Source: Nitrospirota bacterium (lineage in GTDB: Bacteria; Nitrospirota; UBA9217). Taken from it: DNA of 64,000 bases. Of this stretch, positions 1 through 8,026 are shown in pieces (the first letter of the stretch is position 1; every line of letters begins with the position of its first letter). The notes under the pieces are model-generated. The model did not search any database, was not told the DNA's origin, and saw only the letters and a list, made by a program, of their open reading frames with translations. The stretch spans positions 96,001-160,000 of the forward strand of contig CAVVUN010000012.1 of NCBI GenBank assembly GCA_963751455.1, given 5' to 3'. The position numbers and the translations under genes were made by a program.

Positions 1-274
1 CAGGCAGGTCTACAAGCTCCAGGGGAGATTTATTCTGACTGAACCTCGCGATATGTTTTAAAATCATTGCTTTCATGGAATAGCCTGTCAGTGGCGCCCC
101 CTCCGGCAGAAGCCGGAGGCTCCCTTTAATAACGCGACCTCCCAGCGGACTACGGCGCATTACTCCCGGCGGGGAGCCGGGGATTGCAAGTCGCGGGATT
201 CAGGCAGCTGCCTGTCCGGGAGAGCCGTATCACTTATTATTATTGTACCTGATCAAAATGATAATTGGACCTGA

Positions 275-810
275 TCAAAAGTCCAGAGGGCTTTTCGCTT
301 CCTTCACGGTCCTGCTCGGGATGCAATGCGTGTAAATCATAGTCGTCCTGACATCCGCGTGCCCGTGGAGCGTCTGAATCGTCCGGATATCGTAGTTGGC
401 CTGCAGCAGGTGCGTTGCATAAAGGCCGGATTTTGCGTTGGTGCGAACTGGACCAGAAAATTTCAAAGTTATTTGGACGGGCTTGAGCGCGCGTTGTATC
501 AGGGACACTTCTAACTAACGCATGAGAATAAGTTTCTTGACGGATCAACAAAGGACAGTTTTGCCGTTTCTGTTGTGAGGCAAAGAAAAGAGATACGGCA
601 TCCGCTGCGTGTTCCACCTGCACATCATCGGAGTTTGTCTGCAAACAGCTTGACTTGAGCAGATTTCTCACCGGGGAGCGGATATTTGGCTCGAAAGTCC
701 AGAAAATATCGCAGCCATTTGCGATATCCGGGGCGCGAAAACAGAGGAACGTTTCGGTGTTTCAGTATGCCATCAAAGCGAGCGAGAATATCTGCTGGTA
801 TCGTCTGCAT
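275..810 (-). pseudogene. intI: Integron integrase remnant: N-terminal part and C-terminal catalytic end, centre deleted, frameshifted
   Basis: C-terminus ATHLLQANYDIRTIQTLHGHADVRTTMIYTH...SPLDF is a tyrosine recombinase box II with an IntI-type SPLD end. The N-terminal piece YRKWLRYFLDF...HAADAVSLFF is split across frames. Only about 540 bp remain; attC-like sites lie on the other side. Confidence 0.85.
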
Positions 811-858
811 ATCGGCTGCTCAGTAATTCGTTTTCTATTCTGGTAAACACCGAGATTC

Positions 859-877
859 CGTTCTTTACCAGTTAGCG
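859..877 (+). other. Candidate attI site
   Basis: GTTAGCG core at 871-877 just upstream of the divergent intI, where AT-rich cassette DNA begins. Confidence 0.4.
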
Positions 878-1016
878 CCTAAGTAGACAATTACTGGTTG
901 GATATGGCTTATCAGACTGCGATTATGAATAGAGAGATCGGGGGGGGTGTAGTAACACAGATTCAAATCAGTTTAGTGGACAAGCGCTTTCCGATTTAAT
1001 AAAACGGGCTACTGTT

Positions 1017-1762
1017 TTGGCATCCATAGCAGCAATCTTTTTTTTGTATGGTTTCGGTAAAACCGCCAAAGTTAATATGTTGGCGTATGTGACTCTCAGT
1101 GATTACTTGCGAGTTGCCGTTGGTTGGATTGTGCCAGCGCTCGGTCTGCCTTTTTTGGCTGGTTATTTCGGCTCAGACCTTACCATGATGATGCGTAGTT
1201 CAAATCAAGGGCATTCCGATGATATAGAGAAACTGCGTAACAAATATGAGCACGGCAGGAAGAATGTGAAATCGTTCTATTGATATTAGTGATTGTTCTA
1301 TTACTTTTTGAGTTATTTTATATGATGCATTCAAATTTCAGCATTAATTTAAATTTAATCTATCAGTTATAATACTTACTCTTCTTGGCGTTGTTATGTG
1401 GTTAATCATTTTAACCTGGCACATTAGACATAATGGATAATGTTATAAAACTCGGCCTTGAAAAAACAAAAATACTCATGTACGTCCCACTCCTTCTAAT
1501 TTTCTCATTTGGCTCCGGATTAGCCCACGGTTCGTTAACAAATAAACCAGATAGTAAAAATTGCCAGTTTGTAGCGATCAATGGGAGCAGCAACAGCATA
1601 CCGCTTCGTGGTGAGCTACTCTTCTCTTTTGATAAATACATAATTCTAAGAGAGTCTGAACATCAAGAATTAACGTTTCTTCCTTCTGACAAAGTAGTTT
1701 CAATAAGGACACCGGTTACACTTCCATCTCTTTCAACGGCACCTGCATTTGCTGCTAAGTAA
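1017..1762 (+). pseudogene. Fragmented membrane-protein cassette gene
   Basis: Two hydrophobic ORF pieces (1017-1283, 1433-1762) in AT-rich DNA, followed by an attC-like site. Confidence 0.5.
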
Positions 1763-1849
1763 AATTATACTCGACATACAATGTGTTTATGGAATAGGTG
1801 CAATTGAATCGAGTATTTGAATCTGAGAGCCGCTAATTAATTTAGCATT

Positions 1850-1904
1850 ATCCAACGATCTCGTCGAGAGAAACGCTCTCGCGTTCCTCACGCGCGCGTT
1901 TGAA
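1850..1904 (+). other. attC-like site 1
   Basis: ATCCAAC ... GAGAGAAACGC-TCTC-GCGTTCCTC hairpin ... GTTTGAA, followed by the RBS of the next gene. Confidence 0.6.
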
Positions 1905-1922
1905 TTCGGAGAGGAGATGCCA

Positions 1923-2210
1923 ATGGATCGACTTACGACAACTATCAGACGCCCTTGGCTTGCGGGAATCATTGCAGGCACCAAAAAAATCGAATATCGA
2001 GAGATCAAGCTGTACCGGCGAGATCGCTTAGCTCAGGTGAAAGCACCTTTTGAATGACGATTAATCAATGGCATGCAGCGCCGCGCTCCTGAAGTCACTG
2101 TTCTCATCAACAAAGTGAAAAAAGATACACGCAATGGTGTCTATGAATTGCATATACGTAAAGTCATCTCGTTCATGAACTGGGATCGTTCTCGTAGTGT
2201 GCGAAGGTAA
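1923..2210 (+). pseudogene. ASCH-domain-like protein with an internal stop
   Basis: Manual translation MDRLTTTIRRPWLAGIIAGTKKIEYRE...PFE*RLINGM...; IxxGxKxxExR is the ASCH signature; RBS GGAGAGGAG. Confidence 0.65.
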
Positions 2211-2263
2211 CGCTGGCTTACAGCCATCAAATCACCTGATACCCATCCGCGTAAAAGCGCCAC

Positions 2264-2298
2264 TTGACATCGATAAACAATTTGTTTATAATATTTCC
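2264..2298 (+). promoter_or_regulatory. sigma70 promoter of higBA with operator palindrome, leaderless
   Basis: TTGACA-17 nt-TATAAT-6 nt-ATG; palindrome ATAAACA-ATT-TGTTTAT in the spacer. Confidence 0.8.
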
Positions 2299-2586
2299 AT
2301 GATTCAGTCATTTGCTTCTTCCGAAACGGAACGCTTCTTTGCCACCGGAAAATCGCGCCGCTTGCCGCGGGATATACTGAAGCGTGCAGCGATGCGCTTG
2401 ACACAGTTGGATGGAGCCGTGCGCCTCGACGATTTGCGAAATCCGCCTTCCAACAGACTGGAAGCGTTGGCTCATGATCGTGTCGGTCAATGGAGCATTC
2501 GCATTAACGACCAGTGGCGCGTATGTTTCCGTTTTGAAAATGGCGATGCGTATGACGTTGAAATCGTTAGATTATCATTAAATTAA
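2299..2586 (+). CDS. higB: HigB-type (RelE/ParE superfamily) toxin with frameshifted C-terminus
   Basis: MIQSF...DLRNPPSNRLEAL...GQWSIRINDQWRVCFRF...DVEIV; the expected DYH end is out of frame. Confidence 0.85.
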   Translation: MIQSFASSETERFFATGKSRRLPRDILKRAAMRLTQLDGAVRLDDLRNPPSNRLEALAHDRVGQWSIRINDQWRVCFRFENGDAYDVEIVRLSLN

Positions 2587-2599
2587 AGGAGATACAGAT

Positions 2600-2896
2600 A
2601 TGGTTAAGAATGGTTTGCCTGCAATTCATCCGGGAGAATTCCTGGCAGAAATCCTGGGAGAGATGGGTATATCTCAGGCTGAGTTCGCGCGCACTATCGG
2701 GGTATCGCCGATGCGGATTTCTCACGTAATCAAGGGTGTTCGTCCGGTAACGGCAGAACTGGCATTGTTGTTCGGTCGCGCGTTTAACCAGACGCCGCAA
2801 TACTGGCTTAATCTTCAGGCGTCTTACGATTTAAAAATCGCGAAGGCAAGTATCGGTAAGCGCCTTGCCGGTATACATGCCCTTGCGCATTCCTAA
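2600..2896 (+). CDS. higA: HigA antitoxin (XRE HTH)
   Basis: IHPGEFL...SQAEFA...WLNLQASYDL. Confidence 0.92.
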   Translation: MVKNGLPAIHPGEFLAEILGEMGISQAEFARTIGVSPMRISHVIKGVRPVTAELALLFGRAFNQTPQYWLNLQASYDLKIAKASIGKRLAGIHALAHS

Positions 2897-2924
2897 TTTC
2901 CCGTCAACCAATACCCGAGAATAA

Positions 2925-2983
2925 TTCCAACCTGCGCCTCGACAGCTACGCGCCAAAGGCGGCGCGTCAGGCGCGCATTGGCT
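2925..2983 (+). other. attC-like site 2 (3' core degenerate, ATTGGCT)
   Basis: TTCCAACCTGCGCCTCGAC...ACGCGCC-AAAGGC-GGCGCGTCAGGCGCGC; closely related to the site at 6906. Confidence 0.65.
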
Positions 2984-3051
2984 CCGGGGAAAATGCTCTA
3001 CGTCGGCCGGAGCCGCTGAGTCAAGTCGTTTACCAAAAGGAGGATGTGAGC

Positions 3052-3180
3052 ATGAGATACAGTGTACTCTGTGTAATAATTTCTGTGATTGTTGGAATTG
3101 GCCTAGCTGGATGCAGCGGTGCATCGAATAATTCAAATAATAACAGCGATTCTGCCTCTTCACCATGTTTGACGGTCTGA
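3052..3180 (+). pseudogene. Short or truncated lipoprotein cassette ORF (42 aa)
   Basis: RBS AGGAGG; MRYSVLCVIISVIVGIGLAGCSG carries an LAGC lipobox; preceded by a GTTTACC core-like site. Confidence 0.5.
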
Positions 3181-3237
3181 GGCAGTGCCTTGCTAAATTA
3201 TACTGCTTCTGAAGCCTTGATTTTTTTTTAAAAAGCC

Positions 3238-3268
3238 TTGACCTGTCTATTACTTCATAGTTTATGAT
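3238..3268 (+). promoter_or_regulatory. MerR-type promoter with 19-bp spacer
   Basis: TTGACC (3238-3243), 19 nt containing the CTAT-N6-ATAG dyad, TATGAT (3263-3268). Confidence 0.75.
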
Positions 3269-3290
3269 ACACTCCAGCTCAGGAGGTATC

Positions 3291-3842
3291 ATGTACACCA
3301 TCGGTCAACTGGCAAAGAAAATCGGTCTCTCCCGCAGCACCCTGCTCTACTACGATTCGATAGGCCTCTTTTCTCCCTCTGGAAGGAGTAATTCCAATTA
3401 TCGTACATACACCGAAGAGGACCGCGACCGTCTTGAGCAGATCTGCACCTACCGCCGGGCCAGCCTGTCCCTGAACGATATAGGCCGGATCATAAAAACA
3501 AGAAACAAACGGAGCGTTGTTCCGCTTCTCGAAAAGCGGCTTGATGCACTGAACAGGGAAATCCGCGCTCTGCGCAACCAGCAACATTTCATTGTAAAGC
3601 TTTTGAAGAACGATCTCGCGCTTTCAAAGATCAGGGTCATGGACAGGGAGAGCTGGATCAAGCTGCTGGATAGGGCCGGTCTGGACGAGGCGGCCAGGGA
3701 CAAGTGGCATGCAGAATTCGAGATGCTTGCTCCCGACGCGCATCAGGATTTTCTCGAATCCCTCGGCATTCCAGGCAAGGAAATCACACTTATCAGGAGG
3801 TATTCAAGGCACGGACGAAAGACCGAGTCAGCCGGGCGCTAA
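3291..3842 (+). CDS. MerR-family transcriptional regulator (not Hg-sensing type)
   Basis: MYTIGQLAKKIGLSRSTLLYYDSIGL...RSNSNYRTY HTH, coiled coil, C-terminal WHAEFE...AHQDFLESLGI domain; RBS AGGAGG; only one Cys. Confidence 0.92.
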   Translation: MYTIGQLAKKIGLSRSTLLYYDSIGLFSPSGRSNSNYRTYTEEDRDRLEQICTYRRASLSLNDIGRIIKTRNKRSVVPLLEKRLDALNREIRALRNQQHFIVKLLKNDLALSKIRVMDRESWIKLLDRAGLDEAARDKWHAEFEMLAPDAHQDFLESLGIPGKEITLIRRYSRHGRKTESAGR

Positions 3843-3885
3843 TGTGCGGCAAAGACTTTTGAATGACGTTTTTAACAGAAGGAGG

Positions 3886-4650
3886 ATGAAGGTGAAAGAC
3901 AGGATCATGCTGGGATTATGGAAGTACATGCTGAATGTCCCTTCTTTTATGATGGACATGAAGAAGCAGATTGCCCGTGAAAAAATGAGATATGAAGCAG
4001 CTGTGGGTTTTATGACCGAGGACCACCGTCGTGTGCATCATTTCGTTGTCAGGGAACTTCCCGATGCCGGCAAACCCTTGTCCCCTGAATTAATAGCGGA
4101 CAAACTGGGCCTGCCCTATAATCGGGTCGCGTTCGTTCTTAATGATCTCGAAAAGCATATGACCTTTCTGTTCAGGAATAAGAATGGAGCAGTAACGTGG
4201 GCATACCCGGTAACGGTCGACAAAACGCCCCATCACCTCACATTCAGTTCCGGCCAACAGGTGCACGCGGCCTGAGCAGTGGACGCATTTGCCACGCCCT
4301 TCGTGCAAGGGCGATTACGGAACGAGCATATTACAGTCACGGTCCGCACTGAGTGCGCCCACTGTAAAACGCCGATGGAGCTGACTATCGACAGTGATCT
4401 CAATTGCACTATCAAGGAAAATGGGTGCGAGCCGATGGTCTTTATGCCGAATGTGGACCTCTTGAACCTTCAAGACGAGAGCATCATCAACGCATTCTGA
4501 AAAGAGACGGTCTTCTTCCGGTCGGAAGAACACGCACGAGAGCACCGAAAAAGGACACACCGGATACGAGGGGTTTATTTGACTGCGGAACAGATGAAGG
4601 AGGGCACGAAGATAATCCAGAGCGTGCTTTTTGGATTTCCTGATACATGA
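3886..4650 (+). CDS. MerB-like organometallic lyase, predicted selenoprotein with two Sec (UGA at 4273 and 4498), about 254 aa
   Basis: Reading through both TGAs gives AYPVTVDKTPHHLTF...VHAA-U-AVD...TECAHC...SIINAF-U-KETVFFRSEEHA, collinear with MerB YAWCALD and SFCCHVHFFAS; SECIS-like hairpin after each TGA. Confidence 0.85.
4295..4313 (+). promoter_or_regulatory. SECIS-like hairpin 1
   Basis: CGCCCTT-CGTGC-AAGGGCG; loop starts 26 nt after the TGA, with G at loop position 2. Confidence 0.65.
4513..4530 (+). promoter_or_regulatory. SECIS-like hairpin 2
   Basis: TTCTTCC-GGTC-GGAAGAA; loop starts 19 nt after the TGA; GGUC as in the E. coli fdhF SECIS loop. Confidence 0.75.
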
Positions 4651-4770
4651 TGTTTATCAACTTGAAAAAAGCAATGTGGATAGTCACCTGAACTTGAGGC
4701 CGGTGAAAATAGAATTCAATACAGTTGCCGATCCGGAATATGCAGTGTTTTCAGAATGGCTAAGGCCGTT

Positions 4771-6105
4771 TAAGTGGACCCCTCTGTCAAGACAATAAAG
4801 GGGTGAGATTAAGATGGTAACCAACCAAGCCGCAGCTGCATGGCGCTGCCCCGGTTTCTACCTCTCCCTGAGGTTCTTTTCGCTCTTTGAATTTATCCAC
4901 AATCCTTGCTCCACCGCCGTTCGCTGTTTGATAGATCACATCCGGTGTGCTGTAGTCCAATGATTGATGTGTTCTTTCCGTGTTGTAGAACATAAAGTAT
5001 TTCGTCAGCCCCAGTTGCGCTTCAGGTACTGTGGCGTACCCTTTTAAATATACGTCTTCGTGCTTTACGCTCCGCCATAGCCGTTCCACGAAGATATTGT
5101 CCAATGCACGGCCGCGGCCGTCCATGCTGATGTTAATGCAGTGCGCCTTGAGCACGCCGGTGAAGGCCTCAGAGGTGAACTGGCAGCCCTGATCGGTGTT
5201 GAAGATCTCGGGGATGCCGTATGTCTGTAATGCCTGTTCCAGGCAGTCCACGCAGAAGCTGCTATCGAGCGTGTTTGATAATCGCCATGCCAGCACTTTG
5301 CGTGAGTACCAGTCGATCACGGCCACCAGGTACACAAATCCCCGCGCCAGGCGGATGTAGGTGATGTCAGTGCTCCATACCTGATTGGGTCGTGTCACCG
5401 ATACGCCTCTGAGCAGATATGGATAAACCATGTGCTGCGGGCTGGGGCGGCTGGTGTTCGGTCCCGGTGCCATGCCTGCCAGCCCCAGAATGCCCATTAG
5501 CCGCTGTATCCGTTTTCGGTTGACCTGATGCCCTATGCCGCACAAGTACACGGTTATTTTGCGGCTGCCGTAGAACGGATGCCGGGTGTATTCAGCGTCG
5601 ATCTCACTCAGCAGGGTCAATTCCAGCTCGTCCGGGTCGGCAGTCAGATGCGGCGCATAGAAAGTGGACCGGTTGACACCTGCCAGTTCGCATTGTTTGG
5701 TTAGCGCCAAAGGGTTTTTGGTATCTACCCAGTGCCGCCGGTCCGCTATAGGCTGATCCCGGACTTTTTTTTAAGCCAGTCCAGTTCCATCTTCAGCCGT
5801 CCGATCTCGGAGTAGAGCCGCTCCGAACTGGCAGCAGGATCTACCGGCGCGGGACCGCGCGTAGTGTCAAATATGCCCGCAGCCTGATCTTGCAAAACCT
5901 TTTTCCACTGCCCCACTTGCGTTGGATGTACGCCGAACGCCTGGGCAATTTCGGTTACTGTCTTGACACCTCGGATCGCCTCAAGCGCGACCTTGGCTTT
6001 GAACTGACTGCTGAAATTTTTGCGCTTTTTTTCGCTCAAAACCTGCTCCTTTTTAACGGCAGGTTACCATCTTAAACTATTGTCCGAAAATTGGGGTCCA
6101 CTATA
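4771..6105 (-). mobile_element. IS3-family insertion sequence (about 1335 bp)
   Basis: Imperfect inverted repeats AGTGGACCCC-N8-GACAATA at both ends, GTT direct repeat outside, orfA/orfB arrangement. Confidence 0.93.
4787..6039 (-). CDS. IS3 transposase OrfAB: orfA 5746-6039 plus DDE orfB 4787-about 5770 via -1 frameshift
   Basis: OrfA HTH FKAKVALEA; OrfB WSTDITY, FNTDQG, DNIFVERLWRSVK; A8G slippery run at about 5764-5772 on the minus strand. Confidence 0.92.
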
Positions 6106-6365
6106 GTTTTAAAGTCAATTTTTAGAGCAAAGAACTATAAAACCAAAGTCATCTTCGACATACAAAAGTGGTTTGAAACAGATGATAGAAGTAGAGTGTG
6201 AAAATCATTTTATCAACGTTGAGAGAACAAGGGATCACTCATCAAGTAGTCGATCTCAAGAATTACTGATGTGAAACCGAAACGTCGAAGTAAATCGAAG
6301 TAAGTCCTTGATTAAAAGGGCATCTCGTTGTAAAATCATTATAAACGTTGATGGAGGTGTTCCTA

Positions 6366-6596
6366 ATGCCAATGAAAGTAAAAGAAATCGAAGAAGAGGC
6401 ACTTCGGCTTAGTTCGCATGAGCGAGCCCTGCTTGTCGAACATCTTATCGGAAGTTTGGAGCCCGATGAAGATCCTGACGCTGAGCGTGCTTGGATTAAG
6501 GAAGCCGAGCGCCGCTACCAGGACTACAAGGCAGGAAAAATGAAAACGAGACCATCTGAACAGGTTTTCAAAGAGGCCCGCGCAAAATTGAAATGA
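6366..6596 (+). CDS. Addiction-module antitoxin
   Basis: ALRLSSHERALLVEHLIGSL...AWIKEAERRYQDY; ATGA overlap with the toxin. Confidence 0.85.
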   Translation: MPMKVKEIEEEALRLSSHERALLVEHLIGSLEPDEDPDAERAWIKEAERRYQDYKAGKMKTRPSEQVFKEARAKLK

Positions 6597-6895
6597 TGCC
6601 GATTGACTTCCTTCCCGAGGCAGAGCAGGAAATGATCGAGGCTGCGCTTTACTATCAGTCTCTATCATCAGGCCTAGGAGATGACTATCTCGACGAGGTC
6701 GAACGCGCTGTTCGCTCCATAACATCCTCCCCGCAAACATGGCCAATTCTTGAAGGCAATTTGAGAAGACGGCTTATCAAAAGATTCCCCTTCGCTGTTT
6801 TATACAGGATTGAGCAGGATAAAATTCTGATGGTCGCTGTTGCCCATCTGAGAAAAAAGCCAGGATACTGGAAAAATAGAATCCGTACAAAGTAA
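6593..6895 (+). CDS. RelE/ParE-family toxin
   Basis: FLPEAEQE...RRRLIKRFPFAVLY...VAVAHLRKKPGYW. Confidence 0.9.
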   Translation: MMPIDFLPEAEQEMIEAALYYQSLSSGLGDDYLDEVERAVRSITSSPQTWPILEGNLRRRLIKRFPFAVLYRIEQDKILMVAVAHLRKKPGYWKNRIRTK

Positions 6896-6905
6896 ATACC
6901 CGAGA

Positions 6906-6966
6906 TTCCAACCTGCGCCTCCACAGCGACGCGCCATAAGGCGGCGCGTGACCCGCATCGTTATCG
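6906..6966 (+). other. attC-like site 3
   Basis: TTCCAAC ... ACGCGCC-ATAAGGC-GGCGCGT ... GTTATCG. Confidence 0.7.
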
Positions 6967-7010
6967 CGTGAGACGGGCATCGGTGCGAGGAGCTTCGCTG
7001 GAGGAAAACC

Positions 7011-7382
7011 ATGTCAAAGACTAAACCAACAACTATTGCCGAATACATAAGCGCCGCTCCAAAAGAAGCGCAAAAGAACCTGCGCGAGCTGTATACAGTT
7101 CTCAAGAAAGTTGCACCGGGAGCTACGGAAGGTATGAAATGGGGATCGCCCGTATTTGAAGAGAAGCGAATTCTTTTCGCATTTGCCGCATTCAAATCGC
7201 ATCTCAATTTCATGCCAACCCCTTCGGCGATGAGGCCGTTCAAAAAGGAGTTGGCAAAATACACGATTGGCAAGGGTTCAATTCAATTCCCCTACGACAA
7301 ACGGCTGCCAAAGGCGCTCATACGCAAAATCGCTGCACTTCGCGTCAAGGAACTCAGAGAAAAGGATGTTAGATGGATGTAA
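7011..7382 (+). CDS. DUF1801/YdhG-family protein (cassette)
   Basis: TIAEYI...APGATEGMKWGSPVF...AFAAFKSH...KGSIQFPYDK. Confidence 0.85.
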   Translation: MSKTKPTTIAEYISAAPKEAQKNLRELYTVLKKVAPGATEGMKWGSPVFEEKRILFAFAAFKSHLNFMPTPSAMRPFKKELAKYTIGKGSIQFPYDKRLPKALIRKIAALRVKELREKDVRWM

Positions 7383-7417
7383 AGGCAAGCCGAGCTTTGC
7401 GAGAATTGCGGATGCGC

Positions 7418-7481
7418 ATCCAACATCACGCCCACCGCACGCCTCGCGGCCGGCGGACGCGGCTGAACTCGTTCGTTGCTG
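7418..7481 (+). other. attC-like site 4
   Basis: ATCCAAC ... GC-rich imperfect hairpin ... GCTGAACTCGTTC-GTTGCTG. Confidence 0.55.
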
Positions 7482-7592
7482 CCCGTAGATAGAGATTCTG
7501 GAAGTGTCCCTCTTGACAGCTCTATCGTGGATCATCTATCCTTAGACTAAGCCTTTTTTCTACTCCCCTACGACCTGGCTGCAAAAAAACAG

Positions 7593-7997
7593 ATGAAGGA
7601 TCTCTTCCACAAAATAGCGCACAAAACATCTGAACTGGTAGGCTCGCCTGCGGCCTTCATAATCGCGGCTGCTGTCATTGTTGCCTGGGCGATATCAGGA
7701 CCAGTCTTCAGGTTCTCCGACACCTGGCAGCTCGTCATCAATACCGGTACTACGATCGTTACTTTCCTGATGGTATTCCTGATTCAGAACACACAGAACC
7801 GCGACGCCAAAGTCATACAGCTCAAGCTCGACGAGCTTATCCGGGCGGGGAAAAAGACCCGAAACAGGCTGGTAGACCTCGAAGACCTTTCAGAAGAGGA
7901 GATCAGGGATATGGAGCTGGAATTTCAGCGTCTGCGCAAGCAGGCCAAGCCCGGGCGAATGCAACAAACCGAAAAAAATAATAAACGATCATCATAA
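7593..7997 (+). CDS. Low-affinity iron permease (Fet4-like) family protein
   Basis: FSDTWQLVINTGTTIVTFLMVFLIQNTQNRD...KLDELI. Confidence 0.92.
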   Translation: MKDLFHKIAHKTSELVGSPAAFIIAAAVIVAWAISGPVFRFSDTWQLVINTGTTIVTFLMVFLIQNTQNRDAKVIQLKLDELIRAGKKTRNRLVDLEDLSEEEIRDMELEFQRLRKQAKPGRMQQTEKNNKRSS

Positions 7998-8026
7998 TCG
8001 GGTCCTTTTTCATTCCGGAACACGCC

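Noticed and set aside
218-235. GAGAGCCGTAT as group II intron domain V
   Set aside because: The rest of the domain V stem is absent and there is no reverse transcriptase gene
2055-2057. In-frame TGA in the ASCH-like gene as another selenocysteine
   Set aside because: The context PFE*RLIN suggests Leu (TTA to TGA), no convincing hairpin follows and neighbouring cassettes are also decayed
2205-2256. attC after the ASCH-like cassette
   Set aside because: GGTAAC is present but the hairpin and GTT core are too degenerate to call
4648-4650. Third TGA of the MerB-like gene as Sec
   Set aside because: It falls where MerB-like similarity ends, has no hairpin and another stop follows five codons later
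3886-4650. Genome-wide TGA reassignment to Trp or Gly as the explanation
   Set aside because: Other genes (tex, the UbiB-like kinase, the DEAD-box helicase, the antitoxin at 6366) end properly at TGA, and conserved Trp residues use TGG
1850-7481. Repeated hairpins as a CRISPR array
   Set aside because: They are separated by whole genes, differ in sequence and no cas genes are present; attC fits better
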